A DNA stretch of 63,191 bases, filler included, from a bacterium (GTDB lineage Bacteria; JAJRZV01): the NCBI GenBank assembly GCA_024275095.1. It is 4 parts of 4 records of this genome, joined end to end, with 100 filler letters (N's around TTAATTAATTAA, not from the genome) between each part and the next. Parts side by side here need not be neighbours in the genome. Positions count along the whole stretch, not along the records: positions 1 to 23,582 come from JAJRZV010000085.1; positions 23,683 to 42,508 come from JAJRZV010000086.1; 2 more parts are not named here. One strand, given 5' to 3'. Below the pieces are notes generated by a model. The model saw only the letters and a list, made by a program, of their open reading frames with translations, searched no databases and was not told the origin of the DNA. The translations under genes were made by a program, and so were the position numbers. Shown in pieces: positions 20,718 through 30,694 of the stretch. Every line of letters starts with the position of its first letter. Position 1 is the first letter of the stretch.

Positions 20718-21006
20718 ACTGAAAGCTATCTCCCTATTTGAGGTGATGTGAGCTGTGCGTGACCCTCTGCTTCAGAAAGAATTTGAAGGTGTGTGAGAGA
20801 TTGCAGCCTCCTCGAAATATTCCGCTGTTCATAGATGAGATTTGTACAATTGCCTCAAGCACAGCTTTCACCTCTTGAACGCCCTCTTCTTTTGTGATAT
20901 TTTTTGTTTTAATTTTTTATTTTTGGATGATTTCTGTTTAAAAATGCCGGAACGGGATGCGGGACAGCCTGAATTGAGAACAAAGTTTTAATAAAAGGAG
21001 TTCGGT

Positions 21007-21702
21007 ATGAACCTCACAGGACTATATAAACTCACTTACGGGGTGTATGTGGTCACGTCCGTGAAGAAAGGAAAGCTCAACGGACAGATCGCCAATACCG
21101 TATTTCAGATCACCTCCGAGCCTCCGCAGGTAGCGGTGAGTATCAACAAGGGTAACCTTACACACGAATTCATAAGGGAAAGCGGGGTTTTCGCCGTGTC
21201 CATTCTTTCCAGAAACGCGCCGCTCAAGCTCATAGGAAACTTTGGCTTCAAGTCGGGACGGGACGTGGACAAATTCGAGAATGTGAAATACACACTTGGC
21301 ACCACGGGCGCTCCCCTGTTAATGGAACATACAATCGCACACCTGGAAGTCGAGGTGATGGAAGTTCTCGATGCAGGCACTCACACGCTGTTTACAGGCA
21401 GGGTGGTCAACACGGAAGTGTTGAGCAACGATGAACCCATGACCTACGCCTATTATCATGAAATCAAAAAAGGAAAGGCTCCAAAGACGGCTCCCACTTA
21501 CAGAAAAGAAGAGAAAACCGACATCCCTAAAAAGGAGACAGGCATGAAAAAGTATGAATGTAAGGTCTGCGGATATGTGTATGACCCCGAGATCGGGGAT
21601 CCGGACTCGGGGATAGCCCAGGGAACACCTTTTGAGGAGCTCCCGGCAGACTGGGTTTGCCCTGTGTGCGGAGCATCGAAGGACGAATTCGAGGAGGTAT
21701 GA
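21007..21702 (+). CDS. Flavin reductase-rubredoxin fusion (high-molecular-weight rubredoxin, Hrb-like)
   Basis: [28 protein letters not shown] and a C-terminal rubredoxin [10 protein letters not shown]...WVCPVCG. Confidence 0.92.
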   Translation: MNLTGLYKLTYGVYVVTSVKKGKLNGQIANTVFQITSEPPQVAVSINKGNLTHEFIRESGVFAVSILSRNAPLKLIGNFGFKSGRDVDKFENVKYTLGTTGAPLLMEHTIAHLEVEVMEVLDAGTHTLFTGRVVNTEVLSNDEPMTYAYYHEIKKGKAPKTAPTYRKEEKTDIPKKETGMKKYECKVCGYVYDPEIGDPDSGIAQGTPFEELPADWVCPVCGASKDEFEEV

Positions 21703-21703
21703 A

Positions 21704-22888
21704 ATGCCTGTACGGGAAATAAAGCCGGGAATTTACCATGTGGGCGCCATAGATTGGGACAGAAGGCTTTTTGACGAGCTCATTCCACTGCCCGAAGGCA
21801 CAACCTACAACGCCTATCTTGTAAAGGGAAAGGAAAAGACAGCCCTCGTGGATACTGTCGATCCTGCAAAAGAACAGGAATTGCTGGATAACCTGAAAGA
21901 AGCAGGGGTGGAAAAGCTGGATTACATCATCGCCAATCACGCGGAACAGGACCACTCCGGTGCCATCGGCAGGGTGCTTGAAAGGTATCCTGATGCAAGG
22001 GTGGTTACCAACGAAAAGTGCAAGAACTTCCTCAAGGACCTGCTACTCATTCCCGACGAAAAGTTTATCGTGGTAAAGGACGGGGAAGATCTCTCCCTCG
22101 GGGAAAAAACCTTCTCCTTTGTATTTACCCCGTGGGTACACTGGCCGGAGACAATGGTCACGTACCTGAAGGAGGACAAAATTCTGTTCAGCTGTGACTT
22201 CTTTGGATCACACTTCGCAACGTCATCCCTTTTTGCTGATGAAAGCGGGAGGCTTTATGAAAGTGCCAAGAGATATTACGCGGAAATCATGATGCCGTTC
22301 AGGACATCTATCAGAAAACACCTGGAGAGGCTTTCAAATTTCGATATAGACATCATCGCACCCAGTCACGGCCCCGTGTATAAAAATCCATCTTTTACCA
22401 TTGACGCTTACAGGGAATGGAACAGCGACGATGTGAAAAACGAGGTTGTGATCGCCCATGTATCAATGCACGGCAGTACGGGAAAAATGGTTGATTACTT
22501 TATTGCGGCGTTGATGAAAAGAGGTGTACAGGTAAAACCCTTCAACCTTCCCGGAACGGACATCGGTGAGCTGGCGATAGCGCTGGTGGACGCGGCCACC
22601 CTCGTCATCGCCACTCCCATGGTTCTCAGCGGTGCACATCCTCAGGCGGTATACGCGGCTTTCCTTGCCAACGCGCTCCGGCCAAAGACCCGTTTCATCT
22701 CCATCATCGGCTCGTACGGCTGGGGTGGAAAGTTCGTGGAGCAACTGAAAGGGTTGCTCGGGAACCTTAGGGCTGAGGTTCTTGAACCCGTGATCGCCCG
22801 AGGTCACCCCAAGAAAGAAGATTTCCGGAAACTTGAGGCTCTCGTGGACACTATCGTGGAGAAACACAAAAACAGTGGTCTTTTATAA
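21704..22888 (+). CDS. fprA: Flavodiiron protein (A-type flavoprotein)
   Basis: GTTYNAYL, NHAEQDHSG, VHWPE, SCDFFGSH, APSHG and a flavodoxin domain with GSYGWGG. ATG at 21704. Confidence 0.92.
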   Translation: MPVREIKPGIYHVGAIDWDRRLFDELIPLPEGTTYNAYLVKGKEKTALVDTVDPAKEQELLDNLKEAGVEKLDYIIANHAEQDHSGAIGRVLERYPDARVVTNEKCKNFLKDLLLIPDEKFIVVKDGEDLSLGEKTFSFVFTPWVHWPETMVTYLKEDKILFSCDFFGSHFATSSLFADESGRLYESAKRYYAEIMMPFRTSIRKHLERLSNFDIDIIAPSHGPVYKNPSFTIDAYREWNSDDVKNEVVIAHVSMHGSTGKMVDYFIAALMKRGVQVKPFNLPGTDIGELAIALVDAATLVIATPMVLSGAHPQAVYAAFLANALRPKTRFISIIGSYGWGGKFVEQLKGLLGNLRAEVLEPVIARGHPKKEDFRKLEALVDTIVEKHKNSGLL

Positions 22889-22943
22889 GTTAAATTAAAC
22901 AGGCAACCCTTTCCAAACATGTGCTTCCATTAACAGGACCTGG

Positions 22944-23315
22944 CTATCTTTTCTCAAAAGCCTTTTTGAAAAGCTTTATGGCTTCAAGCACGAGCTCCTG
23001 TCGCTCTTTTTCGGCCGGAATGTACTTGGCAAGGCGCTCCTTGAGAAATACATCTTTCCTGCTTTCCGGCGGCGAACCAGAGCGTTCGGCTTCCGAGTCC
23101 AATTCCGTGAAAAATTCTCGAAGCGAAAGGTTCAAGCCTTCCGTAATTCCCTTCAGGGTCTCTATCGAGGGATTGGCCTCGCCCCTTTCAATCTGTCCCA
23201 GGTACTTGTATGTAATCCCCGCACGTTCTGCCATCCTTTCCTGGCTCAGCCCCTGTGCCCTTCTCAGTTCACGTACCTTCCTCCCCAGTAACATTCTGAA
23301 CTCCGCATTTTTCAC
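22944..23315 (-). CDS. XRE-family HTH transcriptional regulator
   Basis: LGRKVRELRR..GLSQE.MAE.AGI...YLGQIERGE.NPS. Confidence 0.88.
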   Translation of the reverse strand: MKNAEFRMLLGRKVRELRRAQGLSQERMAERAGITYKYLGQIERGEANPSIETLKGITEGLNLSLREFFTELDSEAERSGSPPESRKDVFLKERLAKYIPAEKERQELVLEAIKLFKKAFEKR

Positions 23316-23582
23316 CCAAAATCCCCTCCTCTTTTCTTATTAAAAAATTATGGCAGCGAGCACAGAAGCGTAAAACCCGTTAAAATTCCCTTGTTGTTCG
23401 GGGGCGTGGGAACTATATGTGCTAACAACCGCATTCCTGGTTCACGAAAACATAATATGGGTTTCGGGGTCTGGTCTCAAGATTTGACATTCGGGCACCG
23501 GCCACAAAACCGGAAAATCACCCAACACTCGTAACCTGATACCGGCAATACCTCCACAAACAACACGCCAGGCCTACTCCAC

Positions 23583-23682
23583 NNNNNNNNNNNNNNNNNN
23601 NNNNNNNNNNNNNNNNNNNNNNNNNNTTAATTAATTAANNNNNNNNNNNNNNNNNNNNNNNNNNNNNNNNNNNNNNNNNNNN
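23583..23682. other. Artificial contig linker
   Basis: 44 N + TTAATTAATTAA (stop codons in all six frames) + 44 N. Confidence 0.97.
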
Positions 23683-23683
23683 A

Positions 23684-23863
23684 GAATCTCAGAAGAAATG
23701 GCTCAGCCAAATAGTAAGGGAACCACCTGAAGACGTGGACATAGAACTTTTTAAAAAAGAAATGATCATTAAATTAAATATAAAAAAAATTGAAAATGCC
23801 TTAAAAAATGCAAGGGATTTAAAAATGGTCCAGGACCTTTCCCGCAAAAAAATGACCTCATAA
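23684..23863 (+). CDS. C-terminal fragment, probably DNA primase
   Basis: Open frame ESQKKWLSQIVREPP...QDLSRKKMTS* from the contig start, directly upstream of rpoD (conserved dnaG-rpoD order). Identity rests on context only. Confidence 0.45.
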   Translation, partial: ESQKKWLSQIVREPPEDVDIELFKKEMIIKLNIKKIENALKNARDLKMVQDLSRKKMTS

Positions 23864-23933
23864 ACAGACTGAAGCAACTTGACAAGATAAAAAAAATAAA
23901 TGAAAATTAAATATTTAATGAAAGGGGTTGCTC

Positions 23934-25688
23934 ATGAGCAGACGAAAGTTCTTTGAAGAAGAATGGGACAAAATCGTCTCGCTTGGAAAAGAGAAAGGAT
24001 ACATTACCTACGATGAACTGAACAGTTTGCTTCCCTCGGACATATTCGACGTTAAAGATATTGACAACATCCACGCACAGCTCGAGAAAATTGACATTGA
24101 CCTTGTCCAGTCTCCAGAGGAATACCTGCGTCGCCATCAGAAACAGCAAAGTCGCGTGGTTATAGAGGAAGAAGAAAAAGGTGCCAACGATCCAGTACGC
24201 ATTTACCTGAAAGAAATGGGTAATATTGAGCTGCTGGATCGCGAGGGAGAAGTGGAAATCGCCAAGCGCATTGAAACCGGCAAAAACATGATCATCAAGG
24301 CTCTCATCCGTTCACCTTTTGTACTTCAACAAATTATTCAAACTACGCAATTAGTAGAAGAAGGGCATGTTAAGATTGCCGAAATTATTAAAGATATTGA
24401 AGATACCGAGGAAGAGGAAGAGGAAGAGGAATTCCAGGAAATGAACTCAAGCCTTCAAAGAGCGCGGCAACAGTTCATCAGCACGGTGGAGGATTTGAAA
24501 AAACTTATCAAGAAAAAAGAAAAAGCTCTTCAGCAACTGAGAAAGGTGAAAACCAAAAAGGCTCTGAAAAAATATGAGAATCAAATAGAAAAAATTGATG
24601 AGCAAATCTTTGAAAAACTTAAAAGCATTAACTTTTCTGAAAAGTATATCAGTCAGATTAAGGAAAAGCTCCGTTATTACGTTTCCGAGATCGAGCGGCT
24701 GGAAAAAGAAATCAGGGATATTGAAGCGCGCACAAAAATGAAACCTGCCCATCTCATAAAGGCATATCACAAGGCTGCAAAGGATACAAAAGAAGCCCAG
24801 CGTCTGGGAGGACGACTCCGCATTTCCATGAAAAAACTGAAAGATCTATGCGAAAAACTCGAAGAGAACACGAAACGCCTGAAGGAAATCGTTCAAGAAA
24901 CGCATTCCACCGCAGAAGAAATGAAAAACACACTGGCTGATGTGGAACAGGGCGAACAGATGGCGCAACAGGCGAAGGAGGAGCTTATCAAGGCCAACCT
25001 CCGATTGGTTGTCAGCATCGCAAAGAAGTATACAAACCGGGGACTTTCCTTTCTTGACCTTATTCAGGAGGGAAATATCGGCCTCATGAAAGCGGTGGAC
25101 AAATTTGAATATCAGCGCGGTTATAAATTCTCCACCTATGCAACGTGGTGGATCAGGCAGGCGATCACCCGGGCCATTGCAGACCAGGCGAGAACGATCC
25201 GCATACCCGTTCACATGATCGAAACCATTAACAAAATAGTACGAACGTCCAGGGCACTTGTACAGGAAATGGGACGTGAACCCACACCTGAGGAAATTGC
25301 TGAAAAACTCAACCTGCCCGTGGACAAGGTACGAAAAGTACTTAAAATCGCTAAGGAACCCATATCCCTCGAAACGCCCATTGGAGACGAAGAAGACAGT
25401 CACCTGGGAGACTTCATTGAAGATAAAAAAATCATGCAGCCCCTCGAAGCTGTCATTCACATGGATCTGGCCGAGCAAACACGCAGGGTGCTTTCCACTC
25501 TCACTCCAAGGGAGGAAAAGGTGGTCCGCATGCGTTTTGGAATAGGTGAAAAAACCGACTTTACACTTGAGGAGGTGGGTAAAGACTTCGACGTCACACG
25601 AGAACGAATCCGGCAGATTGAAGCAAAGGCGCTGAGGAAGTTGAGACATCCTTCGCGCTCCAAAATTCTCAAGAGCTTTGCCGAATAA
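23934..25688 (+). CDS. rpoD: Primary sigma factor RpoD
   Basis: Region 1.1, [57 protein letters not shown]. Confidence 0.98.
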   Translation: MSRRKFFEEEWDKIVSLGKEKGYITYDELNSLLPSDIFDVKDIDNIHAQLEKIDIDLVQSPEEYLRRHQKQQSRVVIEEEEKGANDPVRIYLKEMGNIELLDREGEVEIAKRIETGKNMIIKALIRSPFVLQQIIQTTQLVEEGHVKIAEIIKDIEDTEEEEEEEEFQEMNSSLQRARQQFISTVEDLKKLIKKKEKALQQLRKVKTKKALKKYENQIEKIDEQIFEKLKSINFSEKYISQIKEKLRYYVSEIERLEKEIRDIEARTKMKPAHLIKAYHKAAKDTKEAQRLGGRLRISMKKLKDLCEKLEENTKRLKEIVQETHSTAEEMKNTLADVEQGEQMAQQAKEELIKANLRLVVSIAKKYTNRGLSFLDLIQEGNIGLMKAVDKFEYQRGYKFSTYATWWIRQAITRAIADQARTIRIPVHMIETINKIVRTSRALVQEMGREPTPEEIAEKLNLPVDKVRKVLKIAKEPISLETPIGDEEDSHLGDFIEDKKIMQPLEAVIHMDLAEQTRRVLSTLTPREEKVVRMRFGIGEKTDFTLEEVGKDFDVTRERIRQIEAKALRKLRHPSRSKILKSFAE

Positions 25689-25693
25689 TGTCA

Positions 25694-25766
25694 GGGCCCG
25701 TAGCTCAATTGGCAGAGCTGCCGGCTCATAACCGGCTGGTTCCAGGTTCAAATCCTGGCGGGCCCA
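25694..25766 (+). tRNA. tRNA with CAT anticodon (probably Ile2/lysidine type), CCA not encoded
   Basis: GGGCCCGTAGCTCAATTGGCAGAGCTGCCGGCTCATAACCGGCTGGTTCCAGGTTCAAATCCTGGCGGGCCCA. G1-C72 pair and no GGG/CCC anticodon stem, so not the initiator. The position after rpoD suggests Ile2. Confidence 0.9.
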
Positions 25767-25785
25767 GACGACAAAATCACAGTAT

Positions 25786-26535
25786 GTGGGGGAGGCATTG
25801 ATTAACGACATACAAAATCTCAAAAAACTCCAGGAGATTGATGTAACTATCGATGAAATCGTAAACGAATCTCAAACGCTCACACACGAAATGCACACAC
25901 GACGCAAAGAACTGGAAAAAGTCCGTGAGCAGGTGCAAACACTGTCCCGGGTTATTGAGGAAAAAGAGTCAGAACGAAGAAAAAAAGAACAGGATTTGAA
26001 ATACGAAGAAGACATTGTGAAAAAATGGGAAGCCCGTCTCAAAGAAATAAAAAAACAACGTGAATATCAGGCACTCATGTTTGAAATTGCCCAGGCTAAA
26101 AAAGCCAATGCTGAACTTGAGGAAGAAATACTCAAGCTTATGGAAGAGATAGAAGGACTGAAGAAAGAACATGAAGAAATTACCCGGAAACTTGAAGGAA
26201 TGGAAAAAGAGTTCAGTGAAAAAGAAAAATTTATTACTGAGAGGTTAAAACACCTGGAAGAACAGAAAGCAGAAAAGGAAAGAGAGCGAGAAACACTCGC
26301 CCAATCAATCAACCAGCAGCTTCTATCACGCTACAATCTCATACGCACCAAGCGCGGGGGTGTTGCTGTGGTAAGAGCGTGGGCGGAACGCTGTACAGGC
26401 TGTAACATGAACATTCCACCCCAGCTTTACTACGAGGTGATGAAAAACGACCGCGTGCACATGTGTCCTCACTGCCAGAGAATCCTTTACTACGAAGAAG
26501 AGCAGGAAGCCAGTGGACAAACAAATTCGAGATGA
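25786..26535 (+). CDS. Coiled-coil protein with C4-type zinc ribbon (DUF164)
   Basis: LQEID, long coiled coil, CTGCNMNIPPQ and CPHCQRILY. Confidence 0.9.
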   Translation: MGEALINDIQNLKKLQEIDVTIDEIVNESQTLTHEMHTRRKELEKVREQVQTLSRVIEEKESERRKKEQDLKYEEDIVKKWEARLKEIKKQREYQALMFEIAQAKKANAELEEEILKLMEEIEGLKKEHEEITRKLEGMEKEFSEKEKFITERLKHLEEQKAEKERERETLAQSINQQLLSRYNLIRTKRGGVAVVRAWAERCTGCNMNIPPQLYYEVMKNDRVHMCPHCQRILYYEEEQEASGQTNSR

Positions 26536-27421
26536 AGTCTATTCGTACTGTGAAAAGGTTATCAGCTCCTTCGAACGTTTCCTGAAGGGGCAGGTAAAAA
26601 AATCTTTCGCATCTGCACCCACTGAATTGCAGGAAGCAGCCCAGTATGCTGTTGGTACAGGTGGCAAACGCATACGTCCTTTACTCTTTTTGACTTCCGC
26701 TTATTCACTCGGCCAGGAAGAAAACGACAGTTTGCTGTATTTTGCCACAGGAATAGAGTTCATCCACACGTACACACTTGTACACGACGACCTCCCGTCC
26801 ATGGACGATGATCTGGAAAGACGGGGACACCCAACGGTGCACGTGGTTTACGGAGAAAGCACCGCCATTCTCACAGGCGACGCTCTGCTCACTGAAGGAG
26901 CAAGACTCCTCATCTCCCCCACGTTACTCAATTCAGTAAGTCCAGATGCGCTGCTGGCAATGGCAGACATTGTTCTGTCCTCCCGTGGTGCAGGAGGTGT
27001 CGCTGGAGGACAATTGCTGGACAAAAAACACGAGGGCACAAATACAGGTGAAAAAACATTGAAGAAAATCTATCGACAAAAGACCGGGGAGTTTATTGCT
27101 GCATGTATCACGGCCGGTTATATTGCCGGAGGCGGCACATCCAGAAAAGACATTGAATTGCTTCACAACGTGGGAGTGGAACTCGGTTATGCTTATCAGA
27201 TCGGAAACGACATCCATGACCATCTTTACGTAAAACGGGACGCTGAAAAAGGTAAAGCCACTTACATCAAGATCGCAGGGCTTGAAAAGGCAAAAAAGAT
27301 GTACGATAAGCTCATGGGCAATGTGTTTCGCGGCTCTGCCAAGGTTACAGAACCCGGATCCCCTCTGATAATGGCTATACAGTACATTGACGACCTTGTC
27401 CGCAATCGATGGATCTCCTGA
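26513..27421 (+). CDS. ispA: Polyprenyl diphosphate synthase (IspA-like)
   Basis: GGKRIRP, HDDLPSMDDD..RRG.PT.H, GQLLD, KT; upstream of dxs. The second Asp-rich motif is altered. Confidence 0.8.
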   Translation: MDKQIRDEVYSYCEKVISSFERFLKGQVKKSFASAPTELQEAAQYAVGTGGKRIRPLLFLTSAYSLGQEENDSLLYFATGIEFIHTYTLVHDDLPSMDDDLERRGHPTVHVVYGESTAILTGDALLTEGARLLISPTLLNSVSPDALLAMADIVLSSRGAGGVAGGQLLDKKHEGTNTGEKTLKKIYRQKTGEFIAACITAGYIAGGGTSRKDIELLHNVGVELGYAYQIGNDIHDHLYVKRDAEKGKATYIKIAGLEKAKKMYDKLMGNVFRGSAKVTEPGSPLIMAIQYIDDLVRNRWIS

Positions 27422-29289
27422 GTCGGGTCAACGGTCCTGAAGACCTTAAAAAACTCTCCCTGCCGGAGCTGTACGCTCTCGCAGGTGAAATTCGCAAGCT
27501 CATTATCCACACGTGTGCAAAAAATGGGGGACACCTCGCATCAAGTCTTGGAGCCGTAGAACTTTCTATAGCTCTTCATTACGTGTTCAACTCTCCCGAA
27601 GACGTAATCATATTGGATGTGGGTCACCAGGCATACGCTCACAAGATTGTCACCAGCAGAAAAGACAAATTCCACACACTTCGCCAGTATGGCGGGATTT
27701 CTGGTTTTACATCTCGTGAAGAAAGTCCACACGATCCGTTTGGAGCAGGCCACTCAAGCACGTCTATTTCAGCAGCTCTTGGCATTATCGAAGGGAAACG
27801 TCTGAAGGGTCGGAAAGGAAAAGCCGTTGCAGTAATTGGTGATGGTTCCATGACTGGAGGTATGGCTTTCGAAGCACTGAACCAGGCAGGATACCTTGGA
27901 CGGGACATCATTGTGGTGCTCAACGACAACGAGATGTCCATATCACCCAACGTGGGAGCACTTCAGTCATTCATCTCGAGAAAAATCACAGACCAGTCAC
28001 TTATCAAGGTCCGCAAAAAAATCAAAGAATTCATCAAGAGCCTCCCCGGAATAGGAGAAGACGTTTACCATGTTATCAAAAAAGCAGAAGATTCCGTTGT
28101 CTCTTTTTTCACCCAGGGCATTGTTTTTGAAGGTCTCGGGTTTCATTACCTCGGCCCTATTGACGGACACAGGCTGGAACATCTCATTGAAACTTTCGAG
28201 CATGTAGCGGGGTGGGAAGGTCCTATTCTTGTACACGTGGTAACCAAAAAGGGCAAAGGGTATGCTCCCGCAGAGGCAGATCCAGAAAGGTTTCACGGAG
28301 TTGCACCATTCGATATCTCCACGGGGGAGCCACTGAAAAAGAACACACGTCCCACCTATTCTGACGTTTTTGGTAAGACACTCGTGCAACTTGCTGTCCA
28401 AAATTCAGACATAGTCGCGATTACTGCCGCCATGACAAGCGGCACAGGACTTCACCATTTTCAGGCGCGGTTTCCGGATCGCTTTTACGATGTGGGCATT
28501 GCAGAGCAGCACGCGGTTACCTTTGCAGGAGGACTCGCCACACAGGGGCTGCGGCCGGTAGTCGCGATTTACTCTACATTCCTGCAGAGAGCCTTCGACC
28601 AGATTGTACACGACGTGTGCCTCCAGAACCTCCCTGTTCTTTTTGCCGTGGACCGGGCGGGAATTGTGGGAGAAGACGGTGCCACGCACCAGGGGCTTCT
28701 GGACATCCCACTTTTTAACACCTTACCTAACCTGGTCATTATGGCTCCATCCGGTGGTAGAGAGCTGGCTTCCATGCTGGCCACTGGTCTGACTCTCACC
28801 GGTCCCTCTGCTGTAAGGTATCCACGAGGGCTTATTCCTGACGATTTCGATCCTGAAAAAGAGCTGCCACCTCCCGTGGAAGTCGGTAAAAGCCGGGTGT
28901 TATCCCGCGGCCGTGACATCACCATTATCGCACTGGGACACGTTTTTCAGGCCTGTGAGGAAGCAGCGGAGGAACTCGAAAAAAAAGGAGTAAGTGTGCG
29001 GCTTATAGATGCGCGTTTCGTACGCCCGCTGGACGAAAAAGAATTTCTAACAGCAGCCAGAAGAACACGAAAAATACTCATTGTGGAAGAGGGAGTTATC
29101 ACCGGAGGCTTCGGTAGAGCTGTGGAAGCTCTCATACGCTCACGAAAAGAGTTTCAAAATGTGAAAATACTGGTGCACGGATTACATACTCCTTTTGTAC
29201 CACACGGGAACCAGGAAAAGATGAGAGCACTGTATCAGCTTGATGCAAAAGGGATATTGAACCAGTGTTACACATTATTAAAGGGGTAA
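27409..29289 (+). CDS. dxs: 1-deoxy-D-xylulose-5-phosphate synthase
   Basis: GGHLASSLG, DVGHQAY, GDGSMTGG..FEALN, DVGIAEQHAV, YSTFLQR, DRAGIVGEDGATH. Confidence 0.97.
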   Translation: MDLLSRVNGPEDLKKLSLPELYALAGEIRKLIIHTCAKNGGHLASSLGAVELSIALHYVFNSPEDVIILDVGHQAYAHKIVTSRKDKFHTLRQYGGISGFTSREESPHDPFGAGHSSTSISAALGIIEGKRLKGRKGKAVAVIGDGSMTGGMAFEALNQAGYLGRDIIVVLNDNEMSISPNVGALQSFISRKITDQSLIKVRKKIKEFIKSLPGIGEDVYHVIKKAEDSVVSFFTQGIVFEGLGFHYLGPIDGHRLEHLIETFEHVAGWEGPILVHVVTKKGKGYAPAEADPERFHGVAPFDISTGEPLKKNTRPTYSDVFGKTLVQLAVQNSDIVAITAAMTSGTGLHHFQARFPDRFYDVGIAEQHAVTFAGGLATQGLRPVVAIYSTFLQRAFDQIVHDVCLQNLPVLFAVDRAGIVGEDGATHQGLLDIPLFNTLPNLVIMAPSGGRELASMLATGLTLTGPSAVRYPRGLIPDDFDPEKELPPPVEVGKSRVLSRGRDITIIALGHVFQACEEAAEELEKKGVSVRLIDARFVRPLDEKEFLTAARRTRKILIVEEGVITGGFGRAVEALIRSRKEFQNVKILVHGLHTPFVPHGNQEKMRALYQLDAKGILNQCYTLLKG

Positions 29290-29292
29290 TAG

Positions 29293-29943
29293 ATGGGAGG
29301 TACCAGACGCATATACCTCGTGAGGCACGGCCAGTCGCGTCCTGTTGACGAGAACGGCATTATCCGAAACATACCAGGACTCGACCTCACCGAAGAAGGA
29401 ATACGGCAGGCAAAAAGTACAGCACGATTCCTCAGTCAGGCTCCCATCGGTGCAATATATTCAAGCGATGCCCCCCGAGCAGTCAAAACAGCCGAGATCA
29501 TTGCACAGGAGTTAAATTTAAAAGTACAGACCTTTCCATGGCTGCGAGAATTTTCAGTTGGAGACCTGGAGGGGACACCTTTCTGGGAGCACCTGGAAGA
29601 AATAAAAAAAATTACCCGGTTAAACCGACTTGACCCCTACACCCGATTCTCGGGTGGAGAGAGCATTCAGGACCTGCACGACAGGGTTATCCCCCCGTTG
29701 AAAAAGCTCCTTCAAGAGAGCCCACAGCACGTATGTATAGTGGCACACGGGGGCGTCAACAGGGTCATTCTCATGTCCCTGCTGAACCTGCCGTTAGATT
29801 TTTTCACACGCATAGATCAGGAAAATGCCTGTGTAAACATCATTGACGTTTCCAACGATCAGGCGATTCTACGATTGCTCAATTTTGTTCCTTACGACGG
29901 GGTCAAAGTTCAGCGTGACATCAATGTGTACGTGACGCTCTGA
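29293..29943 (+). CDS. Histidine phosphatase family protein
   Basis: LVRHGQS, YSSD..RA..TA, GGES, VAHGGVNR. Confidence 0.9.
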   Translation: MGGTRRIYLVRHGQSRPVDENGIIRNIPGLDLTEEGIRQAKSTARFLSQAPIGAIYSSDAPRAVKTAEIIAQELNLKVQTFPWLREFSVGDLEGTPFWEHLEEIKKITRLNRLDPYTRFSGGESIQDLHDRVIPPLKKLLQESPQHVCIVAHGGVNRVILMSLLNLPLDFFTRIDQENACVNIIDVSNDQAILRLLNFVPYDGVKVQRDINVYVTL

Positions 29944-30689
29944 TGATGCTTTTGCCCCGTCATCTTCGGGGGTTATCTCACAGATTCGCGCAAATACTGC
30001 AGGCCGTTCTGCCAGGTCACTGTGGCATGTGCGGTGGGAAAACCCTGGGAGTTGAGCCATTGTGCCAGCAGTGCACTAAAGCCCTGGAGAAACCCCACGA
30101 ACCCTCGTGTCCCAGATGCGCTGTGCCTTATCCTACATGTGGTAATGTTTCGTGGGAATGCGGCATGTGCCGCACATCTCCCCCGTCCTTTGACACTGTA
30201 ATCACAGCTTTCTCCTATGGTCCACACGTAAAAACATTACTCATGGAACTCAAGGAAAGAACGCGGACATGGCCGGCAAGGGTGCTGGCTGAAGCACTGG
30301 TCACGCAGCTTGAAAGAAGTCATGTAAATATAAAAAATTTTCATGCTCTTGTCCCTGTGCCTGCATCTACCGTGTCGTTCTCACGCAGATTACTGAACCC
30401 CCCGGCCGTGATTTCAGACAAGTTAAGCCCCATTATAAAAATTCCAGTTGTCAAACATGTACTACTTCATAAAGGGAACGTCTCCAAGCAGAGTGAGCTC
30501 AGTTTCAAAGATCGAATGAACAACATCCGCGGCACGTTCATTGTACGCAACAGAGAAAAAGTGCAGGGCAAAAACGTGTTTCTTGTTGACGATGTGGTGA
30601 CAACAACCGCGACAGTAAGGGAATGTGCCAGGGAGTTAAAGAAAGCAGGGGCATCTCAAATCGTGGTACTTGCAGGAGCACGGGCATAG
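29943..30689 (+). CDS. ComF-family protein (double zinc ribbon plus PRTase fold)
   Basis: Four CxxC pairs, VPVP, LVDDVVTT.AT. Confidence 0.85.
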   Translation: MMLLPRHLRGLSHRFAQILQAVLPGHCGMCGGKTLGVEPLCQQCTKALEKPHEPSCPRCAVPYPTCGNVSWECGMCRTSPPSFDTVITAFSYGPHVKTLLMELKERTRTWPARVLAEALVTQLERSHVNIKNFHALVPVPASTVSFSRRLLNPPAVISDKLSPIIKIPVVKHVLLHKGNVSKQSELSFKDRMNNIRGTFIVRNREKVQGKNVFLVDDVVTTTATVRECARELKKAGASQIVVLAGARA

Positions 30690-30694
30690 AAGCA

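Noticed and set aside
20735..20917. Minus-strand reading ...KEEGVQEVKAVLEAIVQISS...
   Set aside because: There is an in-frame stop just upstream, no convincing start or RBS, and no recognisable family.
23627..23638. TTAATTAATTAA repeated three times in the window
   Set aside because: It is a synthetic six-frame stop linker embedded in N runs, not a biological repeat.
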